This document shows, in pieces, positions 26,092-39,419 of a stretch of 64,000 nucleotides of DNA. The number at the start of each line of letters is the position of its first letter. The first letter of the stretch is position 1. Origin of the DNA: Eledone cirrhosa. Lineage: Eukaryota. A program made the translations under genes and the position numbers. The stretch lies in NCBI GenBank assembly GCA_964016885.1, contig OZ024765.1, forward strand, positions 1,860,001 through 1,924,000, written 5' to 3'. The notes under the pieces are model-generated. The model worked only from the letters and a program-made list of their open reading frames with translations, did not search any database and was not told the origin of the DNA.

Positions 26092-26913
26092 TGTGACTAA
26101 CAGATAGTATCAGAAATAGAAAGACTAATGGAAACATTGTTTCCTTGGTCTGATCTGATGATCAGCTCCTTTCTTCTGCCAGGAGTTGTAACTGACAGAT
26201 AGTATCAGTAATAGAAAGACCAATGGACACATTGTTTCCTTGGTCTGATCTGATGATCAGCTCCTTTCTTCTACCAGGAGTTGTGATTGACAGATAGTAT
26301 CAGTAATGGAAAGACCAATGGACACATTGTTTCCTTGGTCTGATCTGATGATCAGCTCCTTTCTTCTACCAGGAGTTGTGATTGACAGATAGTATCAGTA
26401 ATGGAAAGACCAATGGACACATTGTTTCCTTGGTCTGATCTGATGATCAGCTCCTTTCTTCTACCAGGAGTTGTGACTGGCAGATAGTATCAGTAATGGA
26501 AAGACCAATGGACACATTGTTTCCTTGGTCTGATCTGATGATCAGCTCCTTTCTTCTACCAGGAGTTGTAACTGACAGATAGTATCAGTAATGGAAAGAC
26601 CAATGGAGACATTGTTTCCTTGGTCTGATCTGATGATCAGCTCCTTTCTTCTGCCAGGAGTTGTAACTGACAGATAGTATCAGTAATGGAAAGACCAATG
26701 GACACATTGTTTCCTTGGTCTGATCTGATGATCAGCTCCTTTCTTCTACCAGGAGTTGTGACTGACAGATAGTATCAGTAATGGAAAGACCAATGGACAC
26801 ATTGTTTCTTTGGTCTGATCCGATGACCAGCTCCTTTCTTCTGCCAGGAGTTGTGACTGACAGATAGTATCAGTAATGGAAAGACCAATGGAAACATTGT
26901 TTCCTTGGTCTGA
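26092..26913 (+). repeat. 95-bp minisatellite (about 8.6 copies)
   Basis: gacagatagtatcag recurs at 26194, 26289 and 26384. Confidence 0.95.
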
Positions 26914-27015
26914 AGTCCTGTAGCTGGCAGTTAGAAATTAACAATTTCAATTAGCTATTTTCATTTTATTTTTTAATCTACATATATACAATGAAATTGT
27001 ATTTGACTTACTTAC

Positions 27016-27095
27016 CGAGTTTGCAAATTGTCCGACATGTCTCGTAGTTTTGTCATAAGTACCAATACAATGGACGAAATGAAAAATATATTTAT
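27016..27095 (-). CDS. Class B1 GPCR TM5/ICL3 exon (INIFFISSIVLVLMTKLRDMSDNLQT-R)
   Basis: 80 nt, ttccag/gtaagt. Fits the family motif NxxFxxxIVxVLxTKLR. Confidence 0.93.
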
Positions 27096-27499
27096 CTGGA
27101 AGTAGAATAAATACAAAAAATATATATATATATATATAAAAGATATAAATTTGTGTAGTTTATGTGAAGTATTGTAAGATATGTGGTTATGATTGTTTTG
27201 ATAAAGCTGTCAAAATTTCAAACAAGAAATATATGTGTGAATAAACTGTTTAATAGGAACAGTCATCAATCTCTTATTTGATAGAGTTTTTAGCTTGAAG
27301 ATCAAAAAATTGTTCCATGTAGAGCCGCTAATTCTCTGAATTGAGAGATCACAGCTCTGATACTATGGACATGTGGTTAGAATGTCTTAGGAAAGAATTA
27401 TTAAGCAGATTTGTAGCTCAGAGATCAGATCAGAGAGTCACTCCAGAGAGAGCTGCTCCTACTCTACTCCTGAGACTCCAATAATAATAATAATAATAA

Positions 27500-27782
27500 T
27501 ATACCAGGTTTTAAAGTGGGAGTTAAGGATTTGGGACTGTCATGAGATGAAGGTTGTCCTGATTGTCATAGGAGCACTAGGGACTATCTCAAAGAGTTTT
27601 CAAGGATGGTTAAAGAACATTAGTCCAGCTCCATTTTTTGGAACACTTCAAAAGGCATGCTTGCTGGGAACAGCAAGAACCCTCCGAAACGTCCTGAATA
27701 TCTGAGGCTGCAGGTAGTGGCTTGATGTTCATTTGAACAAACTTTCCAGTTAAATAACATCAATGACTGAGACTCCAACAAT

Positions 27783-27836
<54 letters not shown>

Positions 27837-27848
27837 AATAATAATAAA
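27500..27848 (+). mobile_element. 3' fragment of an R4/Dong-like (restriction-like endonuclease) non-LTR retrotransposon
   Basis: YQVLKWELRIW..VVLIVIGALGTI..LQKACLLGTARTLRNVL*, flanked by (AAT)n and (AAC)n. Confidence 0.75.
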
Positions 27849-27957
27849 ATACTGGAATTTCATTTGGTTTCTTGCTGTTAAATTGATTTATCCTTTTTTA
27901 ATGAGATCCTGGCTATTGTTAACAATGGATAAATTGGGTTGTTGTTGATGTTGTTAG

Positions 27958-29098
27958 TGTTGTGGTAGTGTGGTGGTGGTGTTGTGGTGGTGGTGTGGTG
28001 GTGGTGTTGTGGTGGTGGTGTTGTGGTGGTGGTGTTGTGGTGGTGGTGGTGGTGGTGTTGTGGTGGTGGTGTGGTGGTGGTGTTGTGGTGGTGGTGTTGT
28101 GGTGGTGGTGTTGTGGTGGTGGTGTTGTGGTGGTGGTGTTGTTGTGGTGGTGGTGGTGGTGGTGGTGGTGTTGTGGTGGTGTTGTGGTGGTGGTGTTGTG
28201 GTGGTGTTGTGGTGGTGGTGGTGGTGGTGGTGGTGTTGTGGTGGTGTTGTGGTGGTGGTGTTGTGGTGGTGGTGTTGTGGTGGTGTTGTGGTGGTGGTGG
28301 TGGTGGTGGTGTTGTGGTGGTGTTGTGGTGGTGTTGTGGTGGTGTTGTGGTGGTGGTGTTGTGGTGGTATTGTGGTGGTGTTGTGGTGGTGGATTGGTGG
28401 TGGTGGTGTTGTGGTGTGGTGGTGGTGGTGTTGTGGTGGTGTTGTGGTGGTGTTGTGGTGGTGGTGTTGTGGTGGTGTTGTGGTGGTGGTGTGGTGGTGG
28501 TGTGGTGGTGTGGTGGTGGTGTTGTGGTGGTGGTGTGGTGGTGTGGTGGTGTTGTGGTGTTGTTGTGGTGGTGGTGTTGTGGTGGTGTTGTTGTGGTGGT
28601 GGTGTTGTGGTGGTGTTGTGGTGGTGGTGTGGTGGTGGTGTGGTGGTGTGGTGGTGGTGTTGTGGTGGTGGTGTGGTGGTGTGGTGGTGTTGTGGTGTTG
28701 TTGTGGTGGTGGTGTTGTGGTGGTGTTGTTGTGGTGGTGGTGTTGTGGTGGTGTTGTGGTGGTGGTGTGGTGGTGGTGTTGTGGTGTGGTGGTGGTGTTG
28801 TGGTGGTGTTGTTGTGGTAGTGTTGTGGTGTTGTGGTGGTGTTGTGGTGGTGTTGTGCTGGTGTTGTGCTGGTGTTGTGGTGGTGGTGTTGTGGTGGTGT
28901 TGTGGTGGTGGTGTCGTGGTGTTGTGGTGGTGTTGTGGTGGTGTTGTGGTGGTGTTGTGGTGGTGTTGTGGTGGTGGTGTTGTGGTGGTGTTGTGGTGGT
29001 GTTGTGGTGGTGGTGGTGTGGTGGTGTTGTGGTGGTGGTGTGGTGGTGTTGTGGTGGTGTTGTGGTGGTGGTGTTGTGGTGTTGTTGTGGTGGTGTTG
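27958..29098. repeat. (GTG/GTT)n low-complexity tract
   Basis: Direct inspection. Confidence 0.95.
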
Positions 29099-29361
29099 AT
29101 GATTGGTACCCTTGAAATATATAATAAAATATGGTTTTATAAAGATAGTTTCCATTTATTAATATTATTGATATTCTACTCCAGAAGAAACGTGTAGAGT
29201 GCTTTGAATCTGTTATAAATAAATTTGTTTAATAACCAACAAATTAAATAACTCTTTGCTTAGACAATGGCAATGCTGGGGCACTATATACTATATATAT
29301 ATATATACTGGTTTCATTCATTAGACTGTGGTCATGCTGGGGCACTATATATATATGCTAA

Positions 29362-29975
29362 CAGCAAAGCATAAACGAATTGAGAGAGAGACTGAGCATA
29401 AGAGGAATCAAATGCTGCGTGCAGGAGAGGAGGCTGCGTAGGTATGGACATGTGATGCATATGAAGGATGACAGCTGCATAAAAAGGTGCAGAGCACTAG
29501 AAGTTGTTGGAAGCCGCGGAGTGGGGAGATACAAGAAGACCTGGGATGAGGTGATAAAAGCCGACCTTGCTCAATTGCACCTCCCAAAGGCGATGACACA
29601 AGACCGTGACTTCTGGTGTTACACAGTGATACAGAAGACCCGACTTCCCACGGGTACAAGCTGAAGCTGAAGCATATAGACAATATGCCCCCACACCCTC
29701 CCACTGCAAAGTGGTCGTGGAGGTGCCACGGCAAAAAAAGAGCACCCCGCCCACACTGTAAAGTGGACATGTAGGCGCTATGGAAAAAAAAGCACCCAGC
29801 ACTCACTGTAAATGAGGTTGGTGTTCGGAAGGGCATCCAGCTGTAGAAATCAAACCACAATCAGTTCCCATATGAGCAAGGCATGGTCAGCCGACCAGAC
29901 ACTGCCCACAACAGGACAATCTCTCTAACCCATGCTAGTGTGGAAGAATGAATGTAAAATCGATGATGATGATGA
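29362..29975 (+). mobile_element. RTE LINE 3' end (ORF C-terminus plus a 3' UTR containing the 48-bp unit); further copies at 38835-39300(-) and 47853-48230(-)
   Basis: ERRLRRYGHV..GRYKKTWDEVI..DRDFW, then a UTR ending in (gat)n. Confidence 0.88.
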
Positions 29976-29977
29976 TA

Positions 29978-30394
29978 TCATCATCATCCTCATTTTAAGT
30001 CCGCTTTTCCTTGCTTGCAAGGGTGGGACGGGAACTGATTCTGGCTTGATTTCTACAGCTGGATGCCCTTCCTAACACTAACCTCATTTACAGTGAGTGC
30101 TGGGTGCTTTTTTGCCATGGCACCTCCACGTCCACTTTACAGTGTGGGCTGGGTGCTTTTTTTCTGTGGCGCCTACACGACCATTTTACAGTGGGGGCTG
30201 GGTGCTTTTTTGCCGTGGCACCTCCACGACCACTTTACAGTGGGATGATAGGGACCCTAGTTCTATCATCTCATTTCTACAGCTGAGTAAACTAGAGCAA
30301 TGTGAAATAAAGTGTCTTGCTCAAGGAAACAACACATCACCCGGTCTGAGAATTGAACTCACAACCTTTCGATTGCAAGCCCAATGCTCTAACC
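29978..30394 (-). mobile_element. SINE family A copy with extra internal 48-bp units
   Basis: The gggtgctttttt..gtggcacct unit is present three times. Confidence 0.85.
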
Positions 30395-30684
30395 ATATAT
30401 GTATTCTTTTAGTGGTTTCACTCATTAGCTTGTGGCCAGGCTGGGGCACCATCACGAGGAGATGTAGTCAATTACATTAACTCACACACACCTTTCATAT
30501 TCGATACGTATTTTATGAATTGAAAATAGAATCAAGACAAACTTTTTAATGGTTTTGACAGACTGTGGCATTTGACTGACACACAGACAGATATGGTGTA
30601 TAGATGTGGTATTGCAGATTATACATTACATAGGAACATGGTGTGTGCATCTACACGTGTGTGTATATATATATATATATACAA

Positions 30685-30730
<46 letters not shown>

Positions 30731-30890
30731 CAGACACACATATATATGTATTCATTCATATATATGTGTGTGTGTATATACATACGGAGTGTCCTATAAA
30801 AATGTATACATACTTTGATACCTGTACTGGCAATATTTATTAGAATGCTGTTGAAGTGCGTATACATTTTTGACACACCCTGTATATATT

Positions 30891-30962
<72 letters not shown>

Positions 30963-31257
30963 TATATATACACACATATATATATATACACACATATATA
31001 TATACACACATATATATATACACACATATATATATACACACATATATATATACACACATATATATATACACACATATATATATACACACATATATATATA
31101 CATATATATATATGTGTATGTATGTATATATATATATATACACACACATGTTTACTATCAAATATCCTATCATGTGTACAAAAGATAGCGTGTTACAATA
31201 TTGATACACAAGACTGACATGCAACAAATTACATTCTATGGAATTGCAACATTTAAG

Positions 31258-32015
31258 GTAGTAGTAGTAGTGGTGGTGGTAGTGGTGGTGGTAGTAATAG
31301 TGGTGGTGGTGGTGGTGGTGGTAGTAATAGTGGTGGTAGTGGTGGTGGTAGTAGTGGTGGTGGTGGTAGTAATAGTGGTGGTGGTGGTGGTGGTGGTGGT
31401 AGTAGTGGTGTTGGTGGTAGTAGTAGTGGTAGTAGTGGTGGTGGTGGTAATGGTAGTAGTGGTGGTGTGGTAGTAGTGGTGGTGGTGGTAGCAGTGGTGG
31501 TAGTAGTGGTGGTGGTGGTAGTGGTGGTAGTAGTGGTGGTGGTGGTGATGGTGGTAGGGGTAGTAGTATTGGTGGTAGTGGTGGTGGTAGTAGTGGTGGT
31601 GGTGGTAGTAGTAGTGGTGGTAGTGGTGGTGGTAGTAGTGGTGGTAGTAGTGGTGGTGGTGGTGGTGGTGGTAGCAGTGGTGGTGGTAGTAGTGGTGGTG
31701 GTAGTAGTGGTGGTGTTGGTGGTGGTAGTAGTAGTGGTGGTAGTGGTGGTTGTGGTGGTAGTAATGGTGGTGTTGGTGGTGGTAGTAATGGTGGTGGTGG
31801 TAGTAGTGGTGGTAGTAGTGGTGGTGGTGGTGGTGGTGGTAGTAGTGGTGGTGTTGGTGGTGGTAGTAGTGGTGGTGGTGGTCGTAGTGGTGGTGGTAGT
31901 GGTGGTGGTAGCAGTGGTGGTGTTGGTGGTGGTAGTAGTGGTGGTAGTGGTGGTAGTGGTGGTTGTGGTGGTAGTGGTGGTTGTGTTAGTAATGGTGGTG
32001 GTGGTAGTGGAGGTG
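31258..32015. repeat. (GTG/GTA)n tract
   Basis: Direct inspection. Confidence 0.95.
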
Positions 32016-32307
32016 ATACTACACATATACAGTCATATATATATACATATACATTCATATATACATACACACACATATACATACGCATATAGATATATAC
32101 ATACGCACACATATACATACAGATGTAGATACAGACATACACACAGAAATATGCATACATACACATACACTCAATGCATTTCCAATCTCAGATGTTGCTA
32201 CAATAAGTTCACCTTCCAATTACAAGGTCTTGGCTTCTAACCCTACATTTGTCCTGTAAATAGTTATTTCGCCAAAGTTACACAAGGTCCTGGGTTCTAA
32301 CCCTACA

Positions 32308-33117
32308 TTAACCATGTTGCCAACAACAACCCTGAGTACCTTTTTGATTTCCATGTGTCTAACACACGTGGACATGCCAACAAGGTCAGAAAACAGCACA
32401 GCTCCCATGACTTTCGGAAACATTTTTTCACGCTCAGAGTTGCTGAATCATGGAACAAACTACCTACATCAGTTGTTAGCTGTCAAGACACTGCATCCTT
32501 TAAAACCTCCATGGAACAAACTACCTGCATCAGTTGTTAGCTGTCGAGACACTGTATCCTTTAAAACCTCCGTGGAACAAACTACCTGCATCAGTTGTTA
32601 GCTGTCGAGACACTGCATCCTTTAAAACCTCCATGGAACAAACTACCTACATCAGTTGTTAGCTGTCGAGACACTGCATCCTTTAAAACCTCCATGGAAC
32701 AAACTACCTACATCAGTTGTTAGCTGTCGAGATACTGCATCCATTAAAACCTCCATGGAACAAACTACCTACATCAGTTGTTAGCTGTCGAGACACTGCA
32801 TCCTTTAAAACCTCCATGGAACAAACTACCTACATCAGTTGTTAGCTGTCGAGACACTGCATCCATTAAAACCTCCATGGAACAAACTACCTGCATCAGT
32901 TGTTAGCTGTCGAGACACTGCATCCTTTAAAACCTCCATGGAACAAACTACCTGCATCAGTTGTTAGCTGTCGAGACACTGCATCATTTAAAACCTCCAT
33001 GGAACAAACTACTTGCATCAGTTGTTAGCTGTCGAGATACTGCATCCTTTAAAACCTCCATGGAACAAACTCCCTGCATCAGTTGTTAGCTGTCGAGACA
33101 CTGCATCCTTTAAAACT
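32308..33117 (+). mobile_element. CR1-like LINE fragment ending in a 61-bp tandem array (32450-33117, about 11 copies) amplified from its own sequence
   Basis: 32308-32505 matches about 9428-9625. Unit tggaacaaactacc..tttaaaacctcca. Confidence 0.9.
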
Positions 33118-34437
33118 TTTTGCTCTGCATGGCTGAATACAATAAATGTAATCTGAGTTTTTCGAATATTAATAACAACATTCGATACGTTTGCAATTAT
33201 GCAAATAAGCTTCATTTTTAGAGCCATGTCAGTAGAAATTTCTTCTCATTTGAATGTGGCAAAACTGGCCATTCATCGCTCGTATACAGGAAACTGACTG
33301 GCCAGTTTGCTGTTATGCAGATCTGATTGATCAGCGAGTCTGCTAATATGCAGATCAGGCCAATCAGTCACTGTATATTTTAGAAAATAGCATATATTTT
33401 TAGCTAATTTTTAGTTCCATAAAACCGGCTGCTATTTTTAGCGACATGAGTATAGGACGTGCTAGACACTGTGACAGATATGCGTTCAACAACACATTTC
33501 TCTCAGTCTTCCTAAGTATTTTGAAGTGAAACTTACCAATTACTGGATACCTGCAGAAGAGCACAGGAATAGGAAATTTCACTTAATTGTTGCAAAACAA
33601 ATTTAAAATTTAAAATTTGTCCAGGTATCACGGCTATTGACAATATAGGTTTGTTTTTATTGATTTATTATTTTAAATCGAGACAGGCAAACCGTATTAT
33701 TTTAATTAGTATTTTTCAATTTAGCTCACTTGGTCATTTGCAATGCAAACACATGTATACTTGTATCAGTGTTTATCCCTATCATATATTCATTTGTATT
33801 ACACAGCTCAGAAATATTCCTTTCTTTGAGCTATTTAATTGTAAAAGACTATTTGAGTTTATAACTCTATATATAATTATATATTTATATATATATAAAT
33901 CTCTATCGCTGGAAACTAGGATTATGGTGTTATTTTGTTAATAAATGGACAAAAAACATCTTACATGATAATACTGGTAGTTAGTATTTAGCATATTGTG
34001 CTCACTTGAGGCATCATGAATAATGGATTCTCATGTGAAGTATTGAGGCCCATGGCTAGCATTGTTGCTGTTGTTGTGGTTGTTGTGGGTTTCTCAGATC
34101 TTTCAAAACAGCAAATTAGTTTTATCATCTATTTTCAATAATTCACCTTCTCTCTCCCTCATCACTCCACTCCTCGCTTGCTACTTTTACCCCCTCCCTC
34201 TCCTTTTCTATCTAACCTGGTCTCACTCCTACCATCCCTCACTCTTCAGATTCTTTATAAGTACACACACATACACACACACATAATCATCATCATCATC
34301 ATTTTACATCTGCTTTTCCCTGCTTGCAAGGGTGGGACCAACCTATATATATATACACATATATATATATTGTAGATTTTATGTATGTGTATATATATAT
34401 TTATATATATATCATCATGATATATATTTATATATAT

Positions 34438-34779
34438 ATCATCATCATCATTTCATTTTACGTCTGCTTTTCCCTGCTTGCAAGGGTGGGACGGGAACTG
34501 ATTCTGGCTTGATTTCTACAGCTGGATGCCCTTTCTAACACCAACCTCATTTACAGCGAGTGCTGGGTGCTTTTTTGCCGTGGCACCTCCACGACCACTT
34601 TGCAGTGGAATGATAGAGACCCCAGTCCCTATCATCTCATTTCTACAGCTGAGTAAACTGGAGCAATGTGAAATAAAGTGTCTTGCTCAAGGAAACAACA
34701 CATCACCCGGTCTGAGAATTGAACTCACAACCTTTCGATTGCAAGGCCAATGCTCTAACCACTAAGCCATGTGCCTCCA
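34438..34779 (-). mobile_element. SINE family A copy
   Basis: Near-identical to 19318-19660. Confidence 0.9.
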
Positions 34780-34848
34780 TATATGTATATACATATATAT
34801 AAATATATATATGTAAATATATATATGTACATATATATACATATGTAT

Positions 34849-34879
<31 letters not shown>

Positions 34880-34931
34880 CATATATATACACACATATAT
34901 ACATATATATATGTATATATGCACACATATG

Positions 34932-34999
<68 letters not shown>

Positions 35000-35274
35000 C
35001 ACTGCTGCATATATATATTAGTCTCTATGAATTTCTATCTCTATTAAATGTTATTCAAACACTTAATGGATGTTTTATTATTGTTTACGCTTCTGGCAGT
35101 GAATAGAAACATATATACACATTATACATACATATATGTGCATGTATGCATAATGTATGCATATTTACGGATATGCATATTTACGGATACACAAACATAA
35201 GTACATACTCAGGTACATATATATGTATTTACATATATCCATAAGTACATACATAGGTACATATGTATGTACTT

Positions 35275-35333
<59 letters not shown>

Positions 35334-35338
35334 TACAC

Positions 35339-35386
<48 letters not shown>

Positions 35387-35439
35387 AAATAGAAATATTA
35401 ATAAAATATATGTTCTTTTGATCAATTACATTTTATTAT

Positions 35440-35501
35440 ACATATTTCGGAGGTACAACAGTACGTCCTCATCAGACAAAATATAATGATACATGACATA
35501 C
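35440..35501 (-). ncRNA. Type III hammerhead-like motif
   Basis: GUAUGUC-[weak stem I]-CUGAUGA-GGACGUAC-UGUU-GUACCUCC-GAAA-UAUGU, with a GUC triplet. Confidence 0.6.
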
Positions 35502-36618
35502 CCTGAGATGTTAAATGGTTAAGATATTTGTATTTTAATATTAATAACTCTGGAAAATTATTATCTGTAGAGTGCTTCCAATCTACTATAAAACTCATTC
35601 TTTGATATACTCATTGAATCTTGTTTAACTCTTTAATATATATATATATAAATTTAAGTAATTTTGAAAACCATACAATGCACTAGAAAATTAAAATTGC
35701 TAAGCTAACAATAGAATCTTACCTTAAAAAATTTAATAATTTAATAATTTGCTAAGGTAATATTCTATAGTTATCTTGGCAGGCAATTTTAATTTTGTTG
35801 TGCATTGTATGGTTTTCAAAATTATTTAAATTTGTGTTTCCTAATCAACAATGTAAACTACAACACTGTTATATATCTAGCTAACAACAACAGCAGTAAC
35901 AACACCTTTGGTTTTTCCAGCAAGTATTATTGTATATTTGTCACAGATGATTAGATATAAAAGACTTTCTTCTTTAGTAGCTGGGATATTGGTAAAGTGG
36001 TGTTTGGAACATAACTTAACAAACGTTCTTACATAAAATTACAATGGAAGGATTTTAGATAAATATAAACACTTTAACTCTTTCGTTACCATATTTCTAA
36101 TGAAAGACACTGTCTTATTAACCTGGTGTTTGGAACATAACTTAACAAAGGTTCTTACATAAAGTTACAATGGAAGGATTTTAGATAAACCCTTTCATTA
36201 CCATATTTCTAATGAAAGACACTGTCTTATTAACCTGGTGTTTGGAACATTCCTATGGTATCACAGAAGCTAAAGAATCATGCAGAAGATTGCTACTTTT
36301 GTCTCACAAAGATTTCTGGCTATAGGAAGAAAACTTGACAGAAAATGAATTATTCAGAATCATTTTTATTTGACAATTTGTTCCATGATTCACTCAGGTG
36401 AAAACCTGATGTGTTAGAAAAAATGCGGCAGCCATATTTGAAATCAGCACCTCAAAAAAGTCAGTAAAAAGTTTGTTGATCTGTGTTATAATTTAATTGT
36501 AGTGATTATTGAGTTTTATCAAAACCAGACTCAATGTAGTATGAATATATATCGACAGCCAATCGACAAGAACCCAGATCTCCTTTGCTTAATGAGTAGG
36601 GTGGAGCTTGCTAGATTT

Positions 36619-38402
36619 GACCAAGGAGACAATGTGTCCATTGGTCTTTCCATTACTGATACTATCTGTCAGTCACAACTCCTGGCAGAAGAAAGGAACT
36701 GATCATCAGATCAGACCAAGGAAACAATGTGTCCATTGGTCTTTCCATTACTGATACTATCTGTCAGTCACAACTCCTGGCAGAAGAAAGGAGCTGATCA
36801 TCAGATCAGACCAAGGAAACAATGTTTCCATTGGTTTTTCCATTACTGATACTATCTGTCAGTCACAACTCCTGGCAGAAGAAAGGAGCTGATCATCAGA
36901 TCAGACTAAGGAAACAATGTGTCCATTGGTCTATCCATTACTGATACTATCTGTCAGTCACAACTCCTGGCAGAAGAAAGGAACTGATCATCAGATCAGA
37001 CCAAGGAAACAATGTGTCCATTGGTCTTTCCATTACTGATACTATCTGTCAGTCACAACTCCTGGCAGAAGAAAGGAGCTGATCATCAGATCAGACCAAG
37101 GAAACAATGTTTCCATTGGTCTTTCCATTACTGATACTATCTGTCAGTCACAACTCCTGGCAGAAGAAAGGAGCTGATCATCAGATCAGACCAAGGAAAC
37201 AATGTGTCCATTAGTCTTTCCATTACTGATACTATCTGTCAGTCACAACTCCTGGCAGAAGAAAGGAGCTGATCATCAGATCAGACCAAGGAAACAATGT
37301 GTCCATTGGTCTTTCCATTACTGATACTATCTGCCTGTCACAACTCCTGGCAGAAGAAAGGAGCTGATCATCAGATCAGACCAAGGAAACAATGTCTCCA
37401 TTGGTCTTTCCATTACTGATACTATCTGCCTGTCACAACTCCTGGCAGAAGAAAGGAGCTGATCATCAGATCAGACCAAGGAAACAATGTGTCCATTGGT
37501 CTTTCCATTACTGATACTATCTGCCTGTCACAACTCCTGGCAGAAGAAAGGAGCTGATCATCAGATCAGACCAAGGAAACAATGTGTCCATTGGTCTTTC
37601 CATTACTGATACTATCTGCCTGTCACAACTCCTGGCAGAAGAAAGGAGCTGATCATCAGATCAGACCAAGGAAACAATGTGTCCATTGGTCTTTCCATTA
37701 CTGATACTATCTGCCTGTCACAACTCCTGGCAGAAGAAAGGAGCTGATCATCAGATCAGACCAAGGAAACAATGTCTCCATTGGTCTTTCCATTACTGAT
37801 ACTATCTGCCTGTCACAACTCCTGGCAGAAGAAAGGAGCTGATCATCAGATCAGACCAAGGAAACAATGTGTCCATTGGTCTTTCCATTACTGATACTAT
37901 CTGCCTGTCACAACTCCTGGCAGAAGAAAGGAGCTGATCATCAGATCAGACCAAGGAAACAATGTCTCCATTGGTCTTTCCATTACTGATACTATCTGCC
38001 TGTCACAACTCCTGGCAGAAGAAAGGAGCTGATCATCAGATCAGACCAAGGAAACAATGTCTCCATTGGTCTTTCCATTACTGATACTATCTGCCTGTCA
38101 CAACTCCTGGCAGAAGAAAGGAGCTGATCATCAGATCAGACCAAGGAAACAATGTGTCCATTGGTCTTTCCATTACTGATACTATCTGCCTGTCACAACT
38201 CCTGGCAGAAGAAAGGAGCTGATCATCAGATCAGACCAAGGAAACAATGTCTCCATTGGTCTTTCCATTACTGATACTATCTGCCTGTCACAACTCCTGG
38301 CAGAAGAAAGGAGCTGATCATCAGATCAGACAAAGGAAACAATGTTTCCATTGGGTCTTTCCATTACTGATACTATCTGTCTGTCACAACTCCTGGCAGA
38401 AG
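36619..38402 (-). repeat. Same 95-bp minisatellite inverted (about 18.7 copies)
   Basis: Reverse complement of the 26092-26913 unit. Confidence 0.95.
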
Positions 38403-39345
38403 GACCAATGTGATATAAAGTGTATTGTTCAAGGACATAACGCATCACCCGGTCCGAGAATCAAAATCACAACCTTGCGATTGTGAACCCAATTCTCTAA
38501 CCAGTCTGCCACACACCTTCACAAATGAGTATATATTAGATCTATATTATATCGTTAATATAATGACAGTAATATTTCACTGTTTTAATTATATATTTTA
38601 TATGAATATTATCTAAGATATTAAAATTGTTGTATCGATAACAATATTGATGTGAATCCCCCTGACATTAGTATTTTTGTGCCTAATTTGCATCAAGGGG
38701 TTATTGGTCAACAAGTCAATATTTTTATATCAATATTTACATTTAATTATACAATAAACAACACAAAATAATTATACAACTACCCAAGGTTTCACGAAGT
38801 TAAATTATATATATTTGTATATATTTAAAAATACATCATCATCATCACCGTTTTACGTCCGTTCTTCCACGCTAGCATGGGTTAGACGGGTTGTCCTGTT
38901 GTGGGCAGTGTCTGGTCGGCTGACCATGCCTTGCTCATACAGGAACTGATTTGGCTTGATTTCTACAGCTGGATGCCCTTCCTAACACCAACCTCATTTA
39001 CAGTGAGTGCTGGGTGCTTTTTTACGTGACACCTACACGTCCACTTCACAGTGTGGGCTGGGTGCTTTTTTGCTGTGGCACCTCCACGACCACCTTGCGG
39101 TGGGAGGTGTGGGGGCATATTGTCTATATGCTTCAGCTTGTACCCATGGGGGGTCGGGTACTCTGTATTACTGCGTGACGCCAGAGGTCACGGTCGTGTG
39201 TCATCACCTTTGAGAGGTGTAATTGGGTTAGGTCGGCTTTTATCACCTCATCCCAGGTCATCTTGGGTCTCCCCACTCCGCGGTTTCCATCGACTTCTAG
39301 TCGACTTCCATTGACTATAGTCTTCAAATTTATTATTATTATTAC

Positions 39346-39419
<74 letters not shown>

